Part shown: positions 9,428 through 17,744 of the stretch, in pieces | How positions within the stretch are numbered: the stretch's first letter is position 1 | How the letters are laid out: each line of letters opens with the position of its first letter | The notes under the pieces: generated by a model | Databases searched by the model: none | The model's input: the letters and a program-made list of their open reading frames with translations, nothing else | Told to the model about the DNA's origin: nothing | DNA from: Clostridium sp. CAG:448 | GTDB taxonomy: Bacteria; Bacillota; Clostridia; Oscillospirales; CAG-272 | Direction of reading: 5' to 3' | Length of the DNA: 43,900 nt | Assembly: GCA_000433415.1 (NCBI GenBank) | Contig: FR890455.1 | Location: 1-43,900, forward strand | Translations under genes and position numbers: made by a program

Positions 9428-11371
9428 ATGGCTGAGAAGAAGCAGGAAACAAAAAAATCCTCCAACGGGTTTGCGCCGTGGAGATGGATCCGACGCATGT
9501 TCATGGGCGCCAGCAAAGAGCTGTCCCAGGAGGAAATCCTGGCAGTTGAAAAGCTGGAGAGCCCGTCCAAACTGGCAGTGAAGGCGTTCTTCCGCCGTAA
9601 ATTGGCGGTGGTTGCGCTCATCGTGCTGATTTCTCTGTTTGCATTTGTCTTTATCGGACCGCTGTTTTTGCCGATGGATGTGAACTTCACCGACGCAAAC
9701 CAGGCAAATATCGGACCGGTAATGTCGATGCGCAGCGTGCCGTCCGGTATGAAAAATCAGATCCGGACGATTAACGGCTATGCAAACTTTACCGTCGGCG
9801 TTTCCGAGGATAACACCCTCTATATTTGGGGGTATAGCAAGGATGCGTTGACCAAGGTGGATTATTCCAAGACCCCTGAGGAGATTCAGAATGGTAAGGT
9901 GTACCTTGCCGCCACCGGTCGTGACCATGTGATTGCCGTAACGACGGACGGTCAGATTGTCGGTTGGGGTGATAAATCCCGCGGACAGTACGGCGTATTT
10001 AACGGGAATGAAGAGGATCCGATCATTCAGATGCCGGATGAATTGCTCAACGGTAAAATTGAAGATGTTTCCAAAATTTCCTCACTTGCCTGCGGCTATC
10101 AGGCTTCCGCCATTGTCATTGACGGTAAGCTGTATGCCTGGGGAAATACCAAGGCTTGCCTGAACCTGGAGGCGGCAACGAAGCTGGAACGTACCGATGT
10201 CAAAAAAGTGGTGTTCTCCAACTATTACATTCTGGTACAGTTTGAGGACGGGAGCATATCCTGTCCGGGCGGAATTCTGAACAATGAGCGTATCAATACC
10301 GCAGACGGAACGCGCGTCAAGCTTTTGACTTATCTGAAAGATCAGACGGTGGTTGACATTGCGGCAACCAAGGATTGCTTTGCCATTCTTCTGGATGGCG
10401 GCGAGGTGATCATACAGGGTGCCTCCAAGTACAACGAGGACGTTGTGCCGGAGCTTCCCGCCGGAGAGAAACTGGTCAGTGTGTCGGGCGGTGCCAACCA
10501 TTTTGTCGGCGTCAGCGATGCCGGCAAGGCATATGCCTGGGGTTCCAACGACAAGGGTCAGTGCGATAAGATCAACGGTCAGGCGTGCGCAACTGCCTAT
10601 ACGGGTGCGTACCAAACTTACCTGGTTGACGAAAACGGCAGTCTTGTCCGGAGTGCGGGTCTGCGCGGATACCTGTTCGGAACCGATTCCAACGGACGTG
10701 ATACCTTTACTAGGATTATGCACGGCGGTAAGATGACCATGACCATCGGTGCGGTAGCCGTCATTGTTTCCTCTGTGATTGCCATTATCATCGGCTGTCT
10801 GTCGGGTTATTTCGGCGGCTGGGTTGATATGGTGCTGATGCGTATTACGGAAATTTTCTCGGCAATTCCGTTTTTGCCGTTCGCTATGATGCTTTCGTAT
10901 GTCCTCTCGAAACGACCGATCAGTGAGAATATGCGGATTTTCATCATCATGATTATCCTCGGTCTGCTCTCATGGACGGGTCTTGCCCGCATGATCCGCG
11001 GACAGGTGCTTGCAGAGCGTGAGAAGGAATTCGTAACCGCAGCCAAATCCATGGGTGTCAAAGAGGGACGCATTGCGTTCAAGCATATTTTGCCCAACGT
11101 GATTTCCGTTATTTTGGTCAGTATGACGTTGGATTTTGCCGGCTGTCTGCTGACGGAGTCTTCGTTGTCTTACCTTGGCTTCGGCGTTCAGCAGCCCCGT
11201 CCGACATGGGGAAATATGCTGAACGGTGCCAATAACTCCATCGTAATTCAGAACTATTGGTGGCAGTGGGTGTTCCCGGCAATTTTCCTTGCGATTGCAA
11301 CCATCAGCATCAATATTATCGGCGATACATTGCGTGATGTTCTTGACCCCAAGAGCAGTCAGGAAAAGTAA
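9428..11371 (+). CDS. ABC transporter permease, OppC/DppC type, with a roughly 310-aa RCC1-like beta-propeller inserted in the first extracytoplasmic loop
   Basis: TM1 spans aa 58-81. Seven RCC1-type repeats follow, for example ATGRDHVIAVTTDGQIVGWGDKSRGQYG and GGANHFVGVSDAGKAYAWGSNDKGQCD. Then come the OppC hallmark GTDSNGRDTFTRIMHGG and the MetI-like TM core. Confidence 0.9.
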   Translation: MAEKKQETKKSSNGFAPWRWIRRMFMGASKELSQEEILAVEKLESPSKLAVKAFFRRKLAVVALIVLISLFAFVFIGPLFLPMDVNFTDANQANIGPVMSMRSVPSGMKNQIRTINGYANFTVGVSEDNTLYIWGYSKDALTKVDYSKTPEEIQNGKVYLAATGRDHVIAVTTDGQIVGWGDKSRGQYGVFNGNEEDPIIQMPDELLNGKIEDVSKISSLACGYQASAIVIDGKLYAWGNTKACLNLEAATKLERTDVKKVVFSNYYILVQFEDGSISCPGGILNNERINTADGTRVKLLTYLKDQTVVDIAATKDCFAILLDGGEVIIQGASKYNEDVVPELPAGEKLVSVSGGANHFVGVSDAGKAYAWGSNDKGQCDKINGQACATAYTGAYQTYLVDENGSLVRSAGLRGYLFGTDSNGRDTFTRIMHGGKMTMTIGAVAVIVSSVIAIIIGCLSGYFGGWVDMVLMRITEIFSAIPFLPFAMMLSYVLSKRPISENMRIFIIMIILGLLSWTGLARMIRGQVLAEREKEFVTAAKSMGVKEGRIAFKHILPNVISVILVSMTLDFAGCLLTESSLSYLGFGVQQPRPTWGNMLNGANNSIVIQNYWWQWVFPAIFLAIATISINIIGDTLRDVLDPKSSQEK

Positions 11372-11391
11372 GAGCGGAGGTGAATGACGAA

Positions 11392-12411
11392 ATGGCATTA
11401 TTGGAAGTAAAAAACCTGCACACCTATTTCAAGACCCGAAAGGGAATTGTCAAGGCTGTCAACGACGTTTCCTATTCACTGGATGAAAAACGCACCATTG
11501 GTATTGTCGGAGAGTCCGGATCCGGAAAGAGCGTTTCTGCGATGAGCATTCTGCGCCTTTTGGATTCCAACGGATATATTGCCGAGGGGGAAATCCTGTT
11601 TGAAGGCAAGGACCTGACCAAGTTCTCCCAAAAACAGATGTACGATATCCGAGGCAATCAGATTTCGGTTATTTTCCAGGAGCCGATGACCTCCTTGAAC
11701 CCTGTGTTCACGGTCGAGAGACAGTTGTCCGAACCTTTTATGATTCACCAGAATATGGGGAAAAGAGAAGCGGCAAAGCATGCGCTGCAAATGCTTTACG
11801 ATGTGCAGATTCCGAACCCGGAGGCAGTCATCAAGCAGTATCCGCACCAGCTTTCCGGCGGTATGCGGCAGCGTGTGATGATTGCGATGGCATTGGCTTG
11901 CCGTCCTAAAATTCTGATTGCCGATGAGCCGACGACGGCGCTGGACGTGACTATCCAGGCGCAGATTCTCCGGCTGATGAACGATTTACAGCGTGAGAAC
12001 GGGACGTCTATTATTTTTATCACGCACGATTTGGGCGTTATCAACGAAATGGCTGACGACGTGGTGGTTATGTACTGCGGTCAGGTCGTGGAACAGGCAT
12101 CGGCGCGTGTCATTTTTACTGATTGCAAGATGAGCCATCCGTATACGGAAGGCCTGATGAACAGTATTCCGCGGATTGATAACATTACCCATAAACTGGA
12201 ACCGATCCCCGGCGTGGTTCCTCACCCGCTTGCATTGCCGAAGGGATGTAAGTTTGCCCCTCGTTGCAAGTATGCGACGCAGAAATGTCTGGACGGAGAG
12301 CCGGCACTTGTTGAGGTTTGCCCCGGTCAGAAAATCCGTTGCTTCTATCCCGAAAAGGAGGTGAGAAACAGTGCCGAACACAAAAAAGCTCTTATCAATC
12401 ACGAATCTTAA
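11392..12411 (+). CDS. ABC transporter ATP-binding protein, OppD/DppD type; an alternative GTG start lies at 11380
   Basis: Walker A GESGSGKS, signature LSGGMRQR, Walker B ILIADEPTTALD, and a C-terminal oligopeptide-type extension (HPYTEGLMNSIP). GGAGG lies at 11376-11380. Confidence 0.9.
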   Translation: MALLEVKNLHTYFKTRKGIVKAVNDVSYSLDEKRTIGIVGESGSGKSVSAMSILRLLDSNGYIAEGEILFEGKDLTKFSQKQMYDIRGNQISVIFQEPMTSLNPVFTVERQLSEPFMIHQNMGKREAAKHALQMLYDVQIPNPEAVIKQYPHQLSGGMRQRVMIAMALACRPKILIADEPTTALDVTIQAQILRLMNDLQRENGTSIIFITHDLGVINEMADDVVVMYCGQVVEQASARVIFTDCKMSHPYTEGLMNSIPRIDNITHKLEPIPGVVPHPLALPKGCKFAPRCKYATQKCLDGEPALVEVCPGQKIRCFYPEKEVRNSAEHKKALINHES

Positions 12412-13963
12412 GAAATATTTCCCTATCGCCAAGTCCAGCATCTTCCAGAAACAGCAGTACTATGTCAAGGCAAACGAGGATATTACACTGGACATTTACG
12501 AGGGCGAAACGCTCGGTATCGTGGGTGAGTCCGGTTGCGGAAAATCCACGCTTGGACGTGTTCTGTTGCAGTTGTATGAGCAGACTGCCGGCACAACCAT
12601 GTATTATGGTGTTTCCCGTGCAGAGGTCGCCCCGCGGTATGTTTTGGATACGCTTCGGCATGTGGATAAGTACAAGGCAAGATTGCAAAAGGCAAAAGCT
12701 CATGCAAAGGCGATGGCGGAGAAGGCAGATGCGTTAGGTGATCAGGCGTCGTTTTTTGACCTGCAGAACAAAAACCTGGCACTGGCAGAGGCACAGACTG
12801 CGGAGGCTCACATTGCCAAGATCCTGGGCGGATTCCTGGTGCGGGATACCAAAACGGGGGCCGCGCTGCTTTACAAGAAGGCGTTGCTCGCAGATGCAAG
12901 TGCCGCATTGAATGAACGGATCCGTGATGTTGACCTGCTTTTGGATGAAACTGCCGATGACGATCAGAAACCGTTGAGTGCGGCGAAACGCAAGAAACTG
13001 CTTGATGCTCGCTCCGCGTTGTCCACACAGCGGGATCAAAAGAAAGCGCATATGTCCGAGCTGGATCAAAAGATCGCGACGGCGAAAAAGCCATATCTTG
13101 ACGATCCGGAGTTTTTGAAGTACGAGGAGATGCTGGATGATGGCATTGACCTTGCTCGGCTGAAATATTCCGAAATGCGCCTTTTGCGCAAAGATTTGCA
13201 ATTGGTTTTCCAGGATCCGTATTCCTCCCTCAACCCGCGTATGACGGTGGGACAAATCATTGAGGAGGGCTTGGTGGCACACAAGTTCTACCGGCATGGT
13301 TCCCCGAAGATGAAGGAGCATATTTTGAATGTGATGCGGATGTGCGGCTTGCAGGATTATATGTTGCACCGCTATCCCCACCAGTTTTCCGGTGGCCAGC
13401 GTCAGCGGATTTCGATTGCCCGTGCGCTTGCCGTTCACCCCAAATTTGTGGTTTGCGACGAGTGCGTCAGCGCGCTGGACGTGTCCATTCAGTCGCAGAT
13501 TATCAACCTGCTTTTGGAGCTGAAGGAAAAAGAGCATCTGACCTATATGTTCATTTCCCATGACCTGTCGGTTGTCCGTTATATTTCGGACCGTATCTGC
13601 GTGATGTATTTGGGTAACATTGTGGAATTGGCGGACGCGGCGACCATCTTTGATGACCCCCGTCACCCGTACACAGTGGCACTGCTTTCATCGATTCCTA
13701 CGACTGACCCGGACAGCTTGCAGAAAGAGCGGATTCTTCTGGAGGGGAATATCCCCAGCCCGATTAAGCCGCCGTCCGGCTGTAAATTCCATACGCGTTG
13801 CTATATGGCGTGCGATAAATGCAAGCGCGTTCCGCCTGCGTTGACGGAGGTGGAGCCGGGACATTTTGTTGCCTGCCATTTCCCGCAGCGTAAAATTGAT
13901 GAAAAGGGGAATTACCTGTTTGAATTGCCTGCCACGGAAAGGAAATCGGCGCGTGTCGATTGA
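12371..13963 (+). CDS. ABC transporter ATP-binding protein, OppF/DppF type, with a roughly 175-aa helical insertion
   Basis: Walker A GESGCGKS at aa 52-59, Q-loop QLVFQDP only at aa 277-283, signature FSGGQRQR, Walker B FVVCDECVSALD. The GTG start sits 9 nt after GGAGG and overlaps the upstream gene by 41 nt. Confidence 0.9.
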   Translation: MPNTKKLLSITNLKKYFPIAKSSIFQKQQYYVKANEDITLDIYEGETLGIVGESGCGKSTLGRVLLQLYEQTAGTTMYYGVSRAEVAPRYVLDTLRHVDKYKARLQKAKAHAKAMAEKADALGDQASFFDLQNKNLALAEAQTAEAHIAKILGGFLVRDTKTGAALLYKKALLADASAALNERIRDVDLLLDETADDDQKPLSAAKRKKLLDARSALSTQRDQKKAHMSELDQKIATAKKPYLDDPEFLKYEEMLDDGIDLARLKYSEMRLLRKDLQLVFQDPYSSLNPRMTVGQIIEEGLVAHKFYRHGSPKMKEHILNVMRMCGLQDYMLHRYPHQFSGGQRQRISIARALAVHPKFVVCDECVSALDVSIQSQIINLLLELKEKEHLTYMFISHDLSVVRYISDRICVMYLGNIVELADAATIFDDPRHPYTVALLSSIPTTDPDSLQKERILLEGNIPSPIKPPSGCKFHTRCYMACDKCKRVPPALTEVEPGHFVACHFPQRKIDEKGNYLFELPATERKSARVD

Positions 13964-14187
13964 CACTGTGCCGCGGTCGGAAGATGATTTGGAGAAGGCT
14001 GAAAAAATCCACACGCGAACAGGAAGAGGAATTCAGCGAGCGATTGAGTGAAGAAAAGCTGAGTGCCAAGGATAAGTTTGCAATGGTGCTGTCGGCATTT
14101 CTTGTGATTGTTTTGCCCTGCATTGCAATTCTGGTTGGATTGTCTTTGCTGGTGATGTTCCTGTTTGGCGTTCTTCTGTTGGTTTGA
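13960..14187 (+). CDS. Possible small tail-anchored membrane protein (75 aa)
   Basis: The TTG start overlaps the OppF-type stop (aTTGA). A charged N-terminal half is followed by one long hydrophobic segment, FAMVLSAFLVIVLPCIAILVGLSLLVMFLFGVLLLV. A strong terminator follows. No homology was recognised. Confidence 0.3.
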   Translation: MTLCRGRKMIWRRLKKSTREQEEEFSERLSEEKLSAKDKFAMVLSAFLVIVLPCIAILVGLSLLVMFLFGVLLLV

Positions 14188-14199
14188 AGCATAAAATGC

Positions 14200-14240
14200 G
14201 GAATCGCTACAAGGCGTTTGGCTTGTGGCGATTCCTTTTG
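14200..14240 (+). terminator. Rho-independent terminator of the Opp-like operon
   Basis: 14-bp stem (GGAATCGCTACAAG/CTTGTGGCGATTCC, one G-U pair), 8-nt loop, then TTTT. Confidence 0.7.
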
Positions 14241-14286
14241 CTTGCGCGCACGAAAAGTGTGTCTCTGTTGACATGAAAGAAAACGA

Positions 14287-14315
14287 TTGTCTTTTTATAC
14301 GCGGTGTGCTATAAT
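14287..14315 (+). promoter_or_regulatory. Candidate sigma-A promoter
   Basis: TTGTCT, a 17-nt spacer, then TGcTATAAT (TATAAT at 14310-14315), about 55 nt upstream of the ATG at 14369. Confidence 0.5.
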
Positions 14316-14368
14316 TGGGGCGGATGAAAAGGGATGAAAGAACGCTTCCATAGGGAGGAATTTTTCTT

Positions 14369-15136
14369 ATGACGGAGATCGTTGCACGGCGCGCATTTTC
14401 GCCGCTCTATATCGGATTTGACATTGCGTTTTTTGTGTTGCTGCTCTGTTGCTTTGGAAAAAGAAATACATGACTGTTTTAATCGGTGTGCTCGCCGGAA
14501 TTTTGTATCTGCTTGTGGATTTCGGAATTTTCCATTTGGTCTGCCATTCCCGCAGTATAACCGAGGGATATAGCCTGTTTCTTGTTTTGCTGTGGATGTC
14601 GATGAGTTACGGTTTTACCAATTTTGCGTGGATTTGGCTGTGGATTTCCAAAGACAGGGATTTGTTTTTGTGGTCCTTCCTCATTTTACTGTGGTGGTTT
14701 GTCTGCCCGCTGCTTTCTGCGACCTTCAGCCCTGCCGATATGCCGCAGATCGTCATTCAGCGTACAACCGGGGATATCACGGGTATATGGCAGTTATCTT
14801 GTTTCTTGGATATTTGGCTCTGATTGTGTACAATCTGTGGCAGAGGGAATATGCCGCTCGTATCAATCTTGTCTGGCTGCTTGCCATCGGAATTTTGGTT
14901 CAGTTCGGTTGGGAAGCGGGATTGCTGCTTGGCGGCATCCGCTCGGCAGGATTTACTGCATGGGAGGATAAGCTGCGCACACTCCTTGTAATTCTCTGTT
15001 GGAGACCAATTTGGGAATGCCGTATATTTATCTGGCTTACAGTCGCCGTTTTACCGAGCAGATGCACCGCAAAGAACAGAGAATTTCCATGGTTGCATGT
15101 ATCCGAGAGAACAATGGAAAAAGAGTAAGAGCGTAA
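14369..15136 (+). pseudogene. Polytopic membrane-protein gene interrupted by three apparent -1 frameshifts
   Basis: GGGAGG (14353-14358) precedes the ATG at 14369, which opens a 34-codon hydrophobic ORF stopping at 14471. Protein-like hydrophobic sequence continues in the frame of track ORF 14449..14823. It then continues in the frame of 14592..15128 (MAVILFLGYLALIVYNLW...). Probably it shifts once more after about 14972-14995 (NSLLETNLGMPYIYLAY..., stop 15134-15136). The first two junctions coincide with homopolymers: A5 at 14457-14461 and G4 near 14770. Confidence 0.5.
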
Positions 15137-15153
15137 TATTTGACTGTATGGCA

Positions 15154-15492
15154 CTAAGCGCTTTTGGTGTATTTTTTTATGATTCGGAGAAATACATCTC
15201 CTTCCTGCGGGCTGATCTGATCCCGGACAAGGGAATATATTTTGTTCAGTAGCTGTAATTCTTCCTCACTCATATACGCACGGTCCAGCGTATGATCTCC
15301 AAGGACGGTAATTCCCCCGTATTTGCCCGCCTTGACCTCAAGCGGGGCGTGAAAAACGGCTTCAATTTCAAAAATATCACGTTGAATGGTCCTGACGGAA
15401 ACGCCGAAGAGATCCGCAAGCTGCGGCATCGTTGCCTTTCGCGCCAGGCAAAGATATTTATAGATTTCAAGCCTGCGTTCGGCTGTTCCCAT
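15154..15492 (-). CDS. Small HTH transcriptional regulator (DeoR/HTH_11-like N-terminal domain)
   Basis: The segment RRLEIYKYLCLARKATMPQLADLFGVSVRTIQRDI is a winged-helix/HTH pattern. The protein is 112 aa. Confidence 0.8.
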   Translation of the reverse strand: MGTAERRLEIYKYLCLARKATMPQLADLFGVSVRTIQRDIFEIEAVFHAPLEVKAGKYGGITVLGDHTLDRAYMSEEELQLLNKIYSLVRDQISPQEGDVFLRIIKKYTKSA

Positions 15493-15600
15493 CGGACCTC
15501 CTTTCTGTAAAATATAAAAAGCATGACAAACAGCCTGAGTGGCTACTTGTCATGCTCGTATGTCTTGGCATCGTGCTATGTACAAAGTGCAAAGTGTTGA

Positions 15601-15792
15601 TTATGTCGTTCTTTGAGAAAAACAGATGTGCAGATTCGGTTGTACTTTTACTGCCAGCGTGTTTTTGCAGTTCTGACACTTGATGATAATGTCTGCTTCC
15701 TTTTCGTTATTTTCCGATGATTTTGTAAGCAAAAGCGACTTGTCTGAATCGCAGGCGCGTTTGCCGCAGATCGGGCATTGATATCTCGTCAT
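15601..15792 (-). CDS. Small Cys-rich zinc-ribbon protein (63 aa)
   Basis: MTRYQCPICGKRAC...KCQNCKNTL carries two CxxC pairs. The ATG at 15792 is preceded by AAGGAG with 5-nt spacing. The longer track ORF (to 15954) runs through a terminator-like hairpin and is unlikely to be real. Confidence 0.6.
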   Translation of the reverse strand: MTRYQCPICGKRACDSDKSLLLTKSSENNEKEADIIIKCQNCKNTLAVKVQPNLHICFSQRTT

Positions 15793-15910
15793 AAATCTCC
15801 TTGCCTTTTTCGACTCTTGAAAATGTTTTTTGTTTTTCAATAAAACTTTCCGGACTTCCGTGTTGTGTGGACATGGGTCTTGTTCGGTGAAGCGGGGTTT
15901 TTTGGGGGGG

Positions 15911-15949
15911 AAAAATAGGTGCATATCCGGACGGGGACCGACGCACCTA
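15911..15949 (-). terminator. Intrinsic-terminator-like hairpin inside the leader upstream of the Zn-ribbon gene; possible attenuator or sRNA 3' end
   Basis: On the minus strand, TAGGTGC...GCACCTA has an inner CGG/CCG extension and is followed by TTTTT and then C7. Confidence 0.45.
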
Positions 15950-16179
15950 AGCAAATTTTTTTGCGGGACAGCTATTAGGCAGCATGAGAGGTTGCGAAAA
16001 TCCGAACTGCAGGTTTTTGACCCACTCCGAAACGGGATGGCGCTGGGATTGCCAAACAGTTTTATGCTCGACAGACCGGGAGAAGAACCGGTCCGTTTTT
16101 GGTGCGGAATCCAGCAGGCTGTTTTCCTTGCTTTTCGGTATTGATGGATGATTTTTGCAAGTTCGGAACTTTCGGTTTT

Positions 16180-16208
16180 ATTATATCACGCAAAAAAGCG
16201 CTTGTCAA
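16180..16208 (-). promoter_or_regulatory. Consensus sigma-A promoter reading leftwards
   Basis: The minus strand reads TTGACA-AGCGCTTTTTTGCGTGA(17 nt)-TATAAT with a TG extended -10. A 13-bp palindrome AAGTTCCGAACTT (16159-16171) sits just downstream of the predicted start site and is a candidate operator. Confidence 0.6.
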
Positions 16209-16217
16209 GCGCTTTTT
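16192..16217 (-). terminator. Terminator hairpin downstream of the methyltransferase gene, overlapping the -35 box of the next promoter
   Basis: Palindrome AAAAAGCGCTTGTCAAGCGCTTTTT. It forms a GC stem flanked by A-run and T-run, so it is usable in both orientations. Confidence 0.55.
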
Positions 16218-16445
16218 GAAACTTTACGTTTTGTTTACAATTGGATTATCAAAATCCGCTTGCTCTGGGATGTACCGGAATAGGATCGGTGTAGCTGGTG
16301 TAGATCCGGTATCGAAACCGCTTGAAAAAACTATGCGTTTACGGACTGATCTTGCCGGTGTGGGGGCGCATTTCGTGAGTTTGGAGGGGAATTCGCTATA
16401 AACGGATGCATATAACAAACGTATAATTTATAAAACAATTTATCA

Positions 16446-17675
16446 TTAAACGATTTGAAAGATAAAAAACTTGAGATAGTCGGTTTCCGGAACATTCCAG
16501 AGAATCGGATGGTCCGGCGATTGCTGACGTGCTTCAATCTGCCGCAGAGAAACCCCTGCATCTGCCGCGGCGTTGTGCAGCATCTGCTTGAAATAGGTCT
16601 CTGTCATAAAATGCGAACAGGAGCATGTTGCCAGGTATCCGCCGCGCGGCAGGATGCGCATAGCGCGTGTGTTGATTTCCCGATACCCTTTGATCGCATT
16701 GCGCAAGGTATCTCTGCTTTTTGTAAAGGCAGGGGGATCGAGAATTATAAAATCATAAGGATGCTGTCCGGATGCTTCCAAGCGGGCAAGCAAGTCGAAA
16801 ACATCCTCGCAAAGATAGCTGATCCGGTCAGAAAATCCGTTGCGGACGGCGTTCCGCGCCGCGATACGCAGTGCATCGGCGGAAACATCTACCGACGTGA
16901 CGGCTTGCGCGTCGCCTGCGGCTGCGTTCAAACCGAAGGAGCCGGTGTGTGTAAAGCAGTCCAGAACCCGTTTGCCTTTTGCAATGGGACGGATTGCATT
17001 CCGGTTGTATTTTTGATCCAGAAAGAATCCGGTCTTTTGACCGTTTATGTAATCAACCTCGTAGAAAATGCCGTTTTCACAGATTTCGGTCAGTCCGTCG
17101 GTATCACTTTCCAGTCCTTCGCCGGCATAGAAACCGCAACCGGTTTCCATTCCTTCCAGCTTGCGGATCGGGGAATCATTCCGCAGATAAATCACACGGA
17201 TGTTTTGATGGTATTCTTCGCGCAGAATGCACACGATGGTGGGATAAAGCAGATCGCGCAGGCGGTCGGTTCCCAGGCACAGTGATTCAATAACCAGTAC
17301 ATCGCCGAAGCGATCTACCGTCAGCCCCGGAAGCATATCTGCCTCGCCGAAAATCAAACGGCAACAGGAAAAATCCGGCTCACCCATAACCGTATGCCGA
17401 TAGTCGATTGCCCAGCGAAGCCGGCGTTCCCAGAAGGCGCGGTCAAAACGATCATTCGGATTTCGTGAGATCAGCCGTACACGGATTTTGGAGTGGCTGT
17501 TGAAAAAGCCGGTACCGAGAAACTTGCCCTTTGCGGATCGGATGCAAACGAGAGAGCCGTCTTCAACCTCTGCATCCGGTCCGGCGGTGATCTCGTCTGC
17601 ATATACCCATACATGCCCGCCCCGCAAGAGTGTTTCTGCCTTTGGCGTGACAGTTACCGTGGAAAATTCTGTCAT
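16446..17675 (-). CDS. rlmI: Class I SAM-dependent rRNA methyltransferase with an N-terminal PUA-like domain (RlmI/YwbD family)
   Basis: SAM-binding motif VLDCFTHTGSFGLNAA and DFIILDPPAF are present. The N-terminus TVTPKAETLLRGGHVWVY is typical of the family. The ATG at 17675 has an upstream AAAGGAA. The track ORF start at 17744 is an extension. Confidence 0.85.
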   Translation of the reverse strand: MTEFSTVTVTPKAETLLRGGHVWVYADEITAGPDAEVEDGSLVCIRSAKGKFLGTGFFNSHSKIRVRLISRNPNDRFDRAFWERRLRWAIDYRHTVMGEPDFSCCRLIFGEADMLPGLTVDRFGDVLVIESLCLGTDRLRDLLYPTIVCILREEYHQNIRVIYLRNDSPIRKLEGMETGCGFYAGEGLESDTDGLTEICENGIFYEVDYINGQKTGFFLDQKYNRNAIRPIAKGKRVLDCFTHTGSFGLNAAAGDAQAVTSVDVSADALRIAARNAVRNGFSDRISYLCEDVFDLLARLEASGQHPYDFIILDPPAFTKSRDTLRNAIKGYREINTRAMRILPRGGYLATCSCSHFMTETYFKQMLHNAAADAGVSLRQIEARQQSPDHPILWNVPETDYLKFFIFQIV

Positions 17676-17715
17676 ATTATCATTCCTTTCAGATTGGTGT
17701 CGGATAAACAAAATC

Positions 17716-17744
17716 AGTATAGCACAACTCCGGCAGAAAAGCAA
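17716..17744 (-). promoter_or_regulatory. Candidate sigma-A promoter of the methyltransferase gene
   Basis: The minus strand reads TTGCTT, a 17-nt spacer, then TGcTATACT. Confidence 0.5.

Noticed and set aside
15850-15860. GGAAGTCCGG on the minus strand, resembling the RNase P RNA CR-I motif GGAAAGUCCGG
   Set aside because: It is an isolated 10-mer. The surrounding roughly 400 nt lack the other conserved RNase P regions.
15154-16208. The Zn-ribbon and HTH pair might be part of a mobile element or prophage remnant
   Set aside because: No integrase, recombinase, transposase, terminal inverted repeats or att-like direct repeats are visible. Only the lower GC content and the neighbouring pseudogene hint at it, which is insufficient to call a mobile element.
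16283-16325. A tRNA-like fragment (GGATCGGTGTAGCTGGTGTAGATCCGGTATCGAAACCG) with D-loop-like and T-loop-like strings
   Set aside because: It is too short for a cloverleaf. It lacks an anticodon arm and a matching acceptor 3' strand. I found no complete tRNA anywhere in the window.
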